A stretch of DNA of 64,000 bases from Phycisphaerae bacterium (GTDB lineage Bacteria > Planctomycetota > Phycisphaerae > UBA1845), in assembly GCA_963666835.2 (NCBI GenBank), contig CAXXGO010000006.1:2016001-2080000 (forward strand), read 5' to 3'. The stretch's first letter is position 1. Every line of letters starts with the position of its first letter. The translations under genes were made by a program, and so were the position numbers. Under the pieces are notes generated by a model. That model saw only the letters and a program-made list of their open reading frames with translations. It was not told where the DNA came from and ran no database searches. This document shows positions 9,846 through 18,791 of the stretch, piece by piece.

Positions 9846-10730
9846 TTGCGTGCGATTGGAATCGACGTCGGCGGTACATTCACTCGAACGGCGGTGATCG
9901 ACTCGACGGGTGCCGTTTGTGCGGCACACCGGGTGGCAACCCGACCCGGCGTAACGGGCGCCGGCCTGCGGAGCAGCATCGCCGATTGCATCGCAACCGT
10001 TCTGCGTGAATCGGGCACCAAGCGTACTGCGATAAGTGCCATCGGGTTGGCTCTGCCGGGAATCATCGATCGCGAGCGGGGTTCTCTGCTTCGCTCGGTC
10101 AACCTCCCGGGCTTGCAGGGATGTCCTCTGCGCGACGAGCTGGCCGCCGCCGTGGGTCTGCCCGTCGTACTGTTGACGGACGCGGAAGCGGCAACATGGG
10201 CGGAATACTCTGTGTGTCCGCGACGACCCGCGCGATTCGTGCATTTGCGTCTCGGTACTGGGGTCGCGTGCGGAGTTGTGATAGACGGCGAGCTACTGCG
10301 GCTTGACGAAGGCCGCACGACGCATCTCGAAGTGTTGGTCATCGACCGCAGTGCCGCGGCGTTATCGTGTCGATGTGGGCGACGCGGCTGTCTGGAGACC
10401 GTTGCTTGCGGAGCGGCGCTATCCGGCGAGCCGGTTTCGTCCGCCGGGTCTTTTGCACGATCGGCCTCGGATCTCGCAGACCGCGCGGTTGCCGGACTGG
10501 CCGTCGCGTTTGCCAACCTAACTGAACGCTTCAGCGCGGAGATCATCTCGGTGGGGGGTGGGGTCGTGGCCGGTAGGCCCGATCTGCTCGAGCGGGCGAT
10601 CGCTCAGTTCGATGCGGCGAAACCGGCATGCGTAATTCAGCGTACAAACCTCGGTGACGATGCCGGCGTGGTCGGAGCAGGCCTGCTGGCTTTGCGGAAG
10701 CTGCCGGCGGCTTGTGCGGCAGCGCGCTAA
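9846..10730 (+). CDS. ROK family sugar kinase (divergent)
   Basis: GIDVGGT, LPGIID, LGTGV, CRCGRRGCLE, GGGV, AGVVGAG. Confidence 0.85.
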   Translation: MRAIGIDVGGTFTRTAVIDSTGAVCAAHRVATRPGVTGAGLRSSIADCIATVLRESGTKRTAISAIGLALPGIIDRERGSLLRSVNLPGLQGCPLRDELAAAVGLPVVLLTDAEAATWAEYSVCPRRPARFVHLRLGTGVACGVVIDGELLRLDEGRTTHLEVLVIDRSAAALSCRCGRRGCLETVACGAALSGEPVSSAGSFARSASDLADRAVAGLAVAFANLTERFSAEIISVGGGVVAGRPDLLERAIAQFDAAKPACVIQRTNLGDDAGVVGAGLLALRKLPAACAAAR

Positions 10731-10858
10731 CGGCCGGCTGGACTTTGATTATGGGCCCTCCACAAACGAGCCGCCGGGCGGCTTCTTGTTCTTGTCCGGC
10801 AACACAGATACGCTGTGCGGTTGTGGCGATCAGCTCGAAGTCGACAGGGAGGTCTGAT

Positions 10859-11431
10859 GTGATCCGGCGCAGCGTTTCTCGTGCGATCATAACCTTCGCG
10901 TTCGGTGTGCTTTTGTCCGGCTGCGCGTCCGGGATGAGCGATGAACAGGTGCGGACCGTGCGCCCTGAGCGCTCGCCGGATCTGGAGCGACTGGCCGTGT
11001 TCACCGGGCGATGGGAAAGCGTCGGCGAAGGTCGGCTGGCCGGTGTCGACGAACCCGTTAAGCTGATTGCTTCATCCGAGACGGTCTGGGATTGCGACGG
11101 CTGGTGTATGGTTGAACGCGGCGTGGTGCAGATGGGTGACCTGGGTGAGACGGCCGTGATGGTCGTTTGGACCTGGGATGCCCGGGAGGGCTTGTACCGC
11201 GTGTCGTGGTTCGACAATCACGGCGGTACGGCCGTCGGCACCGCGAGTTACGATGAGGCGTCCGACACTTGGCGCTTAAAGGCCGCCGGTCGCGGGCCTG
11301 AGGGGCGTACCAACTTCCGCGGCGCGGCGAGGTTTCCAGACGGCTATACCATGGTATGGGCCTGGACCGAGTGGGACCGACTGATGATGACACGCAAGTC
11401 GGACCTGCAAGGCACGACCCACCGCAAGTAA
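10859..11431 (+). CDS. DUF1579-like lipoprotein
   Basis: GTG after GGAGG; lipobox LLSGC; LAVFTGRW...WDAREGLYRVSWFDNHG. Confidence 0.6.
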   Translation: MIRRSVSRAIITFAFGVLLSGCASGMSDEQVRTVRPERSPDLERLAVFTGRWESVGEGRLAGVDEPVKLIASSETVWDCDGWCMVERGVVQMGDLGETAVMVVWTWDAREGLYRVSWFDNHGGTAVGTASYDEASDTWRLKAAGRGPEGRTNFRGAARFPDGYTMVWAWTEWDRLMMTRKSDLQGTTHRK

Positions 11432-11532
11432 CCGGCGAAGAGATCTTCACTACCCGTCCCGGAGAGTAGGCGGACTGCTGCCGCCCGCGCGTCGAATGCA
11501 GCCGAAGATATCCCACGTCGCATTGGGGTGAT

Positions 11533-11698
11533 TCACCTAATTAGGTGACACACCTACATCGGTACGGTGAGCGTAAGCGACCTGCCCTCGGCGAGGCTGC
11601 GCGGGGCCGGCTCGCTGACGGTCGCGGTACTGAATGGTGCCTGCGGACGCTGTAACGGTCGTGGTCTCGTAGGGCACGGTCGAGGTACGAGACCTGCC
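11533..11698. repeat. Cluster of REP-like palindromes
   Basis: Perfect palindrome TCACCTAATTAGGTGA at 11533-11548. GGGCCGGCTCGCTGACGGTCGCGGTACTGA at 11604-11633 recurs at 16359-16388. Family-A REP CGTAGGGCACGGTCGAGGTACGAGACCTGCC at 11668-11698. Confidence 0.8.
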
Positions 11699-11835
11699 GG
11701 AAGAGCGGCTTGCGCGGGTTCGCGCCCTGAAACACCGGTCAAGCACTCGGCGTGCGCGCAAGATCGACAAGGATGCAAGTCTTGTCCGCGTGGACAAGGT
11801 GGTTTGTTTTTTATATCTTGGATAGGAGAAGTCAC

Positions 11836-12867
11836 ATGGTAGCGACTTAGACGAAGATCGTGGCCGCATGTTGCAGTGTTTTGATGATGCTCCCGTCATG
11901 GGCGTGGGCGCAGCTCTACGCCCCACCCGATGGGGCGGTCGACTTGCCGGTACAGGTCGTACAGAGCGCCCAGAATCGAACGCCCGAGGAGATACGAGAA
12001 TGGGCGTTCAGCGACGATTTCATCTGGCAGTATCTCAACAGCAGCGCGTATTCGGCGAATACGTTCGAAGCGATGTGGCCTGACGCCGACCCCGAGATTC
12101 ACGTGATGATTGTTGAGCCGCCGAACTACTCCGGACAGATTGTGTTGATTGACTCCACGGTGGATCCTGAGGAGGCGGAGGAGCTGCCGGTGGTAGATAC
12201 CGGTACGTTTACCGAGTTTGCCCGTTACGCGCCGGAGAACGTAGCCGCCGACATCAGCTTTGTGGCCGGCACTTTCAACCGTTCTGGCAGCGAAGTGATT
12301 GTGGTCGGAGTGGAACATGGGGTCGTTGCGGAGCATGATGGGCTGGTGGAGCCGCTTGGAATTCGGACTTTCTATTCCATGGACATTGTACCGCGCGAGG
12401 ATCTGGGCCATGCCACGGCATACTCGTATGCTGTGCTGAGTTCGCGTTCTTCGCCCGGGAGCGGTGGAAAGACGGGACTTCGCGTTCGCACCCACCCTGT
12501 TATGATGAACGCACCGGACGTGGGTGAGCAGGGGGAAGACACATGTGCATGCCATGCAGTGATGCGGGCTGACTTTCTCAAGGCGAAGGCGGCGCGCGCA
12601 CAGGGAGTCGCGGAGGCTCTTCAGTTTCTCGGTGGCAGTACGTTAACATCCATCGTGATCTGCTCCCGCACTTCGATTCTTGTTGTTCCGTGTCTTTTGG
12701 TGGCTGCCGCTGTGGTTTCTGCGATTCTCTACCGCACTTTTCAAGCGATTGATTCATCGTACTTCGCCGCTATGCAGGGGCTTTTGCCCGCGTACCACAG
12801 TTGTTGTTCGAGGGAGGAGTGTGTCTGTCCTGACTTGCCTCTTGCTGGGCCGGGCGGTCCGGAATAG
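11836..12867 (+). CDS. Secreted hypothetical protein with Cys-rich hydrophobic C-terminal domain (in-frame TAG at codon 5 if started at ATG 11836)
   Basis: 335-aa ORF from GTG 11860 with signal peptide ending AWA-Q. AGGAG-N7-ATG at 11836 is in frame but is followed by TAG at 11848-11850. Confidence 0.65.
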
Positions 12868-12892
12868 GGGGGCGAGTTCCTTGCAGCCTGAG

Positions 12893-13840
12893 ATGTCATC
12901 ATCAAGAAATGGGAAAACTCGGCGGCGAGGCACGCTCTCGAGTGCCGTGGCGTTTCTCGCATTTGGATGGGACGCTCGGCTGCCCCGGACCATCTCGAGA
13001 ATGCGCTTTCGGTTTGTTCTCGGGTTTTCGGTGTGCCTCGTTGTTCTTCTGGGTTTGCTCGTGGCGGGCTTCGAAGGAAGCTCCCCATCGGGCGCAGGCG
13101 TGGATATTGGCATTCTGGCGGTTCTATTCGGGGTGGGGTCCCTGTTCGAATTCGCTCGTGCCCGCACTGAGATCAGAATGAAGCGGGATGTGGCGAGCAA
13201 GGGAAACGCGGCGTGTTTCCGTTGTCGACATCGCTTGACTGAGGACCGGGGCCGATGTCCGGCGTGCGGGGAAGAGTACGAGGCTCTTAACCAGGTGATG
13301 AAGTTCTGGGCGGAATGGGAACCTCACCAGGGTATGCTATGCAAGAGGGGCGGCGGAACAAACAGAGATAGTATTCAAGCGGGCCGAGCAACGCCGGGTC
13401 TTCTGAGCAGACTTCGGACGCGTTTCGAGTTGCTCCTCATCATCTTTGGGTTCTTGATTGGTGGCTTTGTTCTGGGGTGTCGCTGGTATCTTCAGACTGC
13501 TGCCACGGGATTCCCGAGTTTCTGGCACTACGTGGTGGCGCTGTTCGCTTTGTTTCCCGCACTGAATCTCTGCCGGTCGTTCGCGGAGCGACGTCTGAAG
13601 CGTGACGTGGCCGGCAAGGACAACGCAGCCTGCTTCGAGTGCGGGTACTGGCTCACCGAGCCGCACGGGCGTTGTCCGGAGTGTGGTTGGGCGTACGAGA
13701 GTCTTGAAGATGTTGTGCGGTTCTGGAGCGATTGGCAGCCGTTCCGGTACTTTGCAGGCTTGCGAAGACAGAAGAAGGAGGAAGATCGCAAAGGCACCGG
13801 CGCTCTCGGTTCTTCGAAGGAGGCGTCAGCGCCCGACTGA
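12893..13840 (+). CDS. Membrane protein with two [2TM + zinc ribbon] modules
   Basis: Two hydrophobic hairpins, each followed by KRDVA..AACFxC..LTE..GRCPxCG..W..W.P. Start uncertain (12881, 12893 or 13001). Confidence 0.75.
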   Translation: MSSSRNGKTRRRGTLSSAVAFLAFGWDARLPRTISRMRFRFVLGFSVCLVVLLGLLVAGFEGSSPSGAGVDIGILAVLFGVGSLFEFARARTEIRMKRDVASKGNAACFRCRHRLTEDRGRCPACGEEYEALNQVMKFWAEWEPHQGMLCKRGGGTNRDSIQAGRATPGLLSRLRTRFELLLIIFGFLIGGFVLGCRWYLQTAATGFPSFWHYVVALFALFPALNLCRSFAERRLKRDVAGKDNAACFECGYWLTEPHGRCPECGWAYESLEDVVRFWSDWQPFRYFAGLRRQKKEEDRKGTGALGSSKEASAPD

Positions 13841-13868
13841 CACTGGCCGGACATGTTGCTTGGCGGCG

Positions 13869-14068
13869 GGGTGCCCCGTCCTTCGCACGGCGTAGGGCGG
13901 GGCACCCGCGCGGTTGCGGGAGATCTCGTTGCTCGACGGTGTGCTACAGAGGTGCCAGCGGGGTGGCATGGGCCAACTTGTTGGCCCGTGGAGAGTGCGG
14001 CTCGCGTTCCCGGGGCGAACGGCCGTCGCAGTTTGACGGCAGGTCTCGTTCCTCGATCATGCCCTACG
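13869..14068. repeat. Intergenic REP-like cluster
   Basis: Inverted repeat 13869-13882/13894-13907. CGGGGTGGCATGGGCCAACTTGTTGGCCCGTGG at 13959-13991 is identical to 16294-16326. Family-A REP at 14038-14068. Confidence 0.8.
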
Positions 14069-14226
14069 GGGCGGGTGCGCCCTGGGATGCACTGCTGCTG
14101 TTACCGCCGTCGCCTATTTATGTTGCAAGGCGGCAGACTGGGCGTTCCGCGCGGTAGCTGCCGAGGTAAGCGCCGAGATGTTTGAGTGCTGTCGCGATTG
14201 CCAGTGTTGTCCGGGGAGTATCTAGG

Positions 14227-15183
14227 ATGCCGCCGCCGGTAGTCCTGAGGATTCGTTGCCGAGTATCGTCGCTTGGGATGGTGGCGATGCTTGGTCTATA
14301 CGCAATTGGCGCGTTGTACGTCTACCTGCGAATGGGTGCGACACCGCCGCCTCTTATGATCGCGCTTGCGTGCTTCATGTTGGCAAACTACGTGGCAAGC
14401 GCCGTGGAAGAGATGTGGCGGGCACACGCCGAGGCCAAGCTCAAACGCGACGTAGCGGGCATGGGTGGCGCCGCGTGCTTTGAATGTAGCAGTCGTCTCA
14501 CCGAGAGTAGCGGACGTTGCCCGGCGTGTGGTTGGGAGTATGATGATCTCGGGCAGATCGTCAGGACCTGGGCGGAATGGGAGCCCTTCGAGTATCTGTT
14601 TCGCAAGACAACCGCAGGCGGCGCAAGCCCAACGGTCGCCGCGGCCGGTATGATCGGGGGCGGTGAGGCGAGCACGGACGATAAGGAGGTGGGTGCTGCG
14701 ACCGGAAATACCATAAACTGGAGGTCGGAAAAGCCGGTGCTTCTCAATAGGGTTCTGACGCGTTGCGAAGCACTTGTGTTTGTGTGGTTCTTATTGGTGC
14801 ATGGTGTCTTCTTGGCATGCGTTTGGCGTAACCCTCCCGCTCGTACGATGTTCCTGATCGCGGCGTGCTATCCGGTGGCGTTGTGCGTTTCGTTTGTCGC
14901 GTCTCGTGCCGTCCGCCCGTTCGCGGAGCGTCGCCTCAAACGCGAGGTGGCCGGTAAGGACAACGCGGCCTGCTTCGAGTGCGGGTACTGGCTGACGGAA
15001 CCTCACGGACGATGTCCGGAGTGTGGTTGGGCGTACGAGAGTCTTGAAGATGTCAGAGGGTTCTGGACGGAGTGGCAACCGCGTTGGTACTCTCTCGGCC
15101 GAAGGAACAGGAGGCGGCAAGGCGCCGGCGATGCGCTGGACCAAGACGGTGTGGATTCGGCGGCAACGGCCGATCAGCGCTGA
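14227..15183 (+). CDS. Membrane protein with two [2TM + zinc ribbon] modules, paralog of 12893..13840
   Basis: Same architecture. The second zinc-ribbon segment is 44/45 aa identical to that of the upstream gene. ATG 14227 after GGAG; ORF opens at 14182. Confidence 0.75.
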   Translation: MPPPVVLRIRCRVSSLGMVAMLGLYAIGALYVYLRMGATPPPLMIALACFMLANYVASAVEEMWRAHAEAKLKRDVAGMGGAACFECSSRLTESSGRCPACGWEYDDLGQIVRTWAEWEPFEYLFRKTTAGGASPTVAAAGMIGGGEASTDDKEVGAATGNTINWRSEKPVLLNRVLTRCEALVFVWFLLVHGVFLACVWRNPPARTMFLIAACYPVALCVSFVASRAVRPFAERRLKREVAGKDNAACFECGYWLTEPHGRCPECGWAYESLEDVRGFWTEWQPRWYSLGRRNRRRQGAGDALDQDGVDSAATADQR

Positions 15184-15228
15184 CCGCTGCAGGCTGCCGG
15201 CCGACAGCTCGTAACGGGACTATGCGTT

Positions 15229-15879
15229 GTGGATACCACTACTGATGCCGAATTACAGCTTCTTGCGGATGACTTGGTGTGCGCAGGATGCGGATACAAC
15301 CTGCGCGGGCTTTCCGGCGATCCGGTGCAGTGTTCGGAATGTGGCAGGACATGCCCGATCCGGGAACTGCGCGTAAACGCCGCCGAGATTCAGAGGGAGC
15401 TACGCAGGCTGGAGACCTTGCCGACAGCCTGTGTGGCCTCCTTTCTGGTGATGGTCCTGGCGCTGGGTTGGGCTTGGTGGACGCGACGTTCGGCATTCGG
15501 CGCACCGGTGGTTGTCGCTCTTGCGGGGTATTGGCTATTGTTGGTGCACCGATTCGGGGCAGTGATTGAATGGGACGTCGGTTGGATTCGGGTGCTGCTC
15601 TTGTTTCACATTGCCGGATTGGTTGGCGCGGTCTTGCTTGGGTCGATCTGGTTCGCCGGTGTTATGCTGTTGATTCACTTCACCGGCGGGCCGCGGTTCA
15701 GTGACGCGGGGATTCACCTTATTGTTGTGGCCATGGCTCTTGCGGTCGTGGGACTGTTCACGGTGGTTCGACTGCTGAACCGAAGAGCTCGGATCGCGCA
15801 AAGGAAGCTGCAACACCGTCTGGCCATCCGACTAGCCCAGCTCAACCGAGGGTCGCGTCGTCCTTTGATCAATCTCTAA
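15229..15879 (+). CDS. Zinc ribbon + 4TM membrane protein
   Basis: CAGCGYNLRGLSGDPVQCSECG followed by four hydrophobic segments and a basic tail. Confidence 0.75.
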   Translation: MDTTTDAELQLLADDLVCAGCGYNLRGLSGDPVQCSECGRTCPIRELRVNAAEIQRELRRLETLPTACVASFLVMVLALGWAWWTRRSAFGAPVVVALAGYWLLLVHRFGAVIEWDVGWIRVLLLFHIAGLVGAVLLGSIWFAGVMLLIHFTGGPRFSDAGIHLIVVAMALAVVGLFTVVRLLNRRARIAQRKLQHRLAIRLAQLNRGSRRPLINL

Positions 15880-15905
15880 CGCGGCTTAAGGGTTGGATGG
15901 TCAAC

Positions 15906-16506
15906 GGCAGGTCTCGTGCCTCGACCGTGCCCTACGAGACTACGGTGGAGTGCGGTACCGCACGGCAAAGCCGCACGACGCGAGAATGCTCCGCCGTAGC
16001 GAAGTACGCCGAAGGCGTTACGTCTGACAGCCCAGGGTTGCCGCGCAGCGGCTACCCTGGGGGTACGGTCATATCAAAGATCAACCCCGACGGGGTTGCG
16101 CCGTTGTTCAACCCGCTTCGGGGTTGGCGCGGGAGGGGGGCTTTGTGCCCCAGGGTGGCACCAAAGCGGCTGCGCCGCTTCGTTTACCCCGGGCTCTGTT
16201 GTGAAACGCCTTCGGCGTAGGTGCAAAAGAGTGCATATCGCGCGAAAACGGTGGCAGGTCTCGTGCCTCGACCATGCCCTACGGGGATGACAACGGGGTG
16301 GCATGGGCCAACTTGTTGGCCCGTGGGAATGCGACGCGCTCCCGGCAAGTGGGGCGTCGGGCCGGCTCCCTGACGGTCGCGGTACTGACGCATGCGAGGC
16401 ATTCTCACGTAATTGTGGCAGGTCTCGTTCCTCGACCGTGCCCTACGAGACGCGTGGCCCATGGCTTTAGCCGTGGGGGGATGTCGGGCCTCGACCGTGC
16501 CCTACG
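15906..16506. repeat. Dense REP-like cluster
   Basis: Family-A REP at 15906-15936, 16253-16283 and 16417-16447, plus a partial copy at ~16489-16506. Other repeat families at 16294-16326 and 16359-16388. Confidence 0.85.
16005..16219. mobile_element. MITE/REPIN-like non-autonomous element (~215 bp)
   Basis: Perfect 15-bp terminal inverted repeats TACGCCGAAGGCGTT (16005-16019) and AACGCCTTCGGCGTA (16205-16219), nested internal palindromes, no convincing ORF. Confidence 0.6.
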
Positions 16507-18226
16507 GGGGGCAGCTCGTTGTGTGGGCGTGGTGGTATTCCAGGAACGTAGCGGCGCCTTCTTTGCCGAGGTGACGATCGAGGATTCTACGATCGGTGTC
16601 GATCAGGTCCACCAGCATTAGCCCGGCCCACATGTCGCTGAACGACGGCAGCACGTTACAGCTCAGGAACTTGGCGTTGAGCCGGAGATACTGCCGCAGC
16701 AACACCGGAACGCCCTTGCGATCCTCTTCGATCCCCGACACCAGCGACGAGATCTCATCGATGTTGGAGATCAGGTGGCTGCACTTGTCGATGTCGTGGC
16801 GCGGCTGGAGCCGGGGAGGTCGCCGGGAACGGGTCAGCCGGGCCAGGCTCGGTAGGTGGGCGTGCAGTTTGAGGAACGCGATCATCATCTGCTTGGACAC
16901 CGACTGGTACTCGTTGCTGATGCTTACCAACCCGAAGAGTCTGCGATACTGAGGGTTTTGAACCACGAACGCCCCCACCCCACGCCATAGCAACGCCAAC
17001 GGCGAGTGCTGCCGTTGATACTCCGGGCGAACGAACGACCGGCCAAGCTCGAGGGCCGGGTTAAGATGGTCCAGGAACTCGCGGTCGAACTCGTAGTATT
17101 CGTGGGTGAACAGCCCGTCGGGCCCGTGCTCCTCCAAAATCTTGTCGGTCTGCCCGAGGCGATAGGCCCCGACCAGTTCGCGGGTGTCCTTGTTCCACAC
17201 CAGAAGATGAAGGTAGTGATAGTCGTACGGGTCCACGTCTTTGGGAGTACCCGTACCTTCGCCGGCCGTGCGGAAAGCGACCTCGCGCAGACGCCCAAGC
17301 TCGTTCATCAGGTTCGGCATCTGCGAAGCGTTGGCCCACCACACCTGATACTCCCCGCTCGACATGAGTAGCTGCCGATCAGGGAGAGTGTTAAGGTCGG
17401 CTTCGAGCCGGTCGGGCGGGACCGGATCGATGATGGGCTGATGGTCCTTCTCCCGCTGACGGATGGAGGCCAGCCGGTTTGACGACCGCCGGGATCCATC
17501 TCCGCCGAGGATGTATGTACGCATGCGGACGTAGCTGAGCATGTCCTTTGGGGTGGCAAACGTCTCCAACTTAGTGAACGGGATGACCTCGCCGACGCGG
17601 ACCCCGATCGTGCGGTTCTTGAGCTTCAGAAACGCGCGGGGCAGCATGATCGTGCGGAGCCTGGGGTGGACCAGCCCGGCCAACTGAAACGCAAGCCCGT
17701 TGCGACCCTCAAAGAACACGGGCAGTACGGGTGTCTTGGCCAACTGGATCAAGCGTCCGACCGCCTCACGCCAGGGTGGGTCGGTGATGGCGCGTTGCCT
17801 CAACCGAAGGTGCGATACCACCCCCGAGGGGAAGATGCCTAACACGCCTCCGCTTTTGAGCCAGCGGATCCCCTCGCGGAGCGGGGCAACGTTGTACTTC
17901 GTGGACGCGGCGCGCCCGAACGGATCGACGGAGATAATGTGCTCGCGCATCTCCGGGATGCGCTGCAGCAGGAAGTTCGCCAGAACCTTGGTGTCCGGGC
18001 GGACCTTCCGCAGTAAGTTGATAAGCAGCAACCCCTCCAGTGCTCCGAGTGGGTGATTCGCCACGACGACCAGCGGCCCCTCGCGCGGAATCTGCTCCAT
18101 CTGCTCATCGGGTACTTGGTAATGCACGCCCATCGCGTCGAGCGCCGCGTCAATGAAGTCCCCGGGCCGAGCGGTTGCCTCTCGGTGAAGGCTGTTTAGC
18201 CCGCGCAGTCCGAGAATACGCTCCAC
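16502..18226 (-). CDS. Bifunctional acyltransferase (PlsC-like + GNAT), OlsF-like ornithine/aminolipid synthase
   Basis: N-terminal ANHPLGALEG and IFPSG; C-terminal GRLREVAFRTAGEG, LELGRSFV, LWRGV, PVLLRQYLRLNAK. May start further upstream (CTG 18313). Confidence 0.8.
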   Translation of the reverse strand: MERILGLRGLNSLHREATARPGDFIDAALDAMGVHYQVPDEQMEQIPREGPLVVVANHPLGALEGLLLINLLRKVRPDTKVLANFLLQRIPEMREHIISVDPFGRAASTKYNVAPLREGIRWLKSGGVLGIFPSGVVSHLRLRQRAITDPPWREAVGRLIQLAKTPVLPVFFEGRNGLAFQLAGLVHPRLRTIMLPRAFLKLKNRTIGVRVGEVIPFTKLETFATPKDMLSYVRMRTYILGGDGSRRSSNRLASIRQREKDHQPIIDPVPPDRLEADLNTLPDRQLLMSSGEYQVWWANASQMPNLMNELGRLREVAFRTAGEGTGTPKDVDPYDYHYLHLLVWNKDTRELVGAYRLGQTDKILEEHGPDGLFTHEYYEFDREFLDHLNPALELGRSFVRPEYQRQHSPLALLWRGVGAFVVQNPQYRRLFGLVSISNEYQSVSKQMMIAFLKLHAHLPSLARLTRSRRPPRLQPRHDIDKCSHLISNIDEISSLVSGIEEDRKGVPVLLRQYLRLNAKFLSCNVLPSFSDMWAGLMLVDLIDTDRRILDRHLGKEGAATFLEYHHAHTTSCPP

Positions 18227-18791
18227 GAGAGGCAGCAGCGGGTGGATCAGACGCCGACCAAGCGTGCGCCGGTCGGGCAGGGACAGCTCAAATGGGGCAG
18301 GTTGTGTTGGCAGAAGCCGGTCTCCGCTTACTCTTCCGGGCGGCGAGTCTATCAGGAAGTATCTTACCGAATTTGCGGGATTAGAGAAGTCGATTCCCTA
18401 GTCGGAGTCCGAGGCCTCCCTTGCCGTTACTGAGTCGCCGGTCTTGCCGGGCCGGGCCGAGGTCCCATATTAGCCGGCTCACCGGGCCTTGCTTCCCCAA
18501 GGACTCCGCTAGCGTCACCCTTGCGGCATCTGTGAAATGTTCAGAAATTACAGGGCGAGCCCGGCCGGGGTAAAACGGGGCCGCGGTGTTTTGACCCGCC
18601 GACAACGGCAGGGGTTCTGCTCCGGGTTGCGTTGCTCGCGGGCGGTCGATGCCGGCGGGTCGGGTCGGGTACGTGCGTGGATAGGCTCCGGCGGTGAGGC
18701 TGGTATACTCTGGGCGGTTCATGGCGCGCGTTGAGGCTGGGGCTTTCCAGGCTCGGCGGTGCATTACCCCGGATGAAAGTGGTGGTCGAAG

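Noticed and set aside
13578..15053. Diversity-generating retroelement TR/VR pair
   Set aside because: The differences are mostly synonymous and not adenine-specific, both copies are coding, and there is no reverse transcriptase in the window.
15873..15896. Integron attC site (CTCTAAC...GTTGGAT)
   Set aside because: Far too short for an attC, no L boxes, and no integrase.
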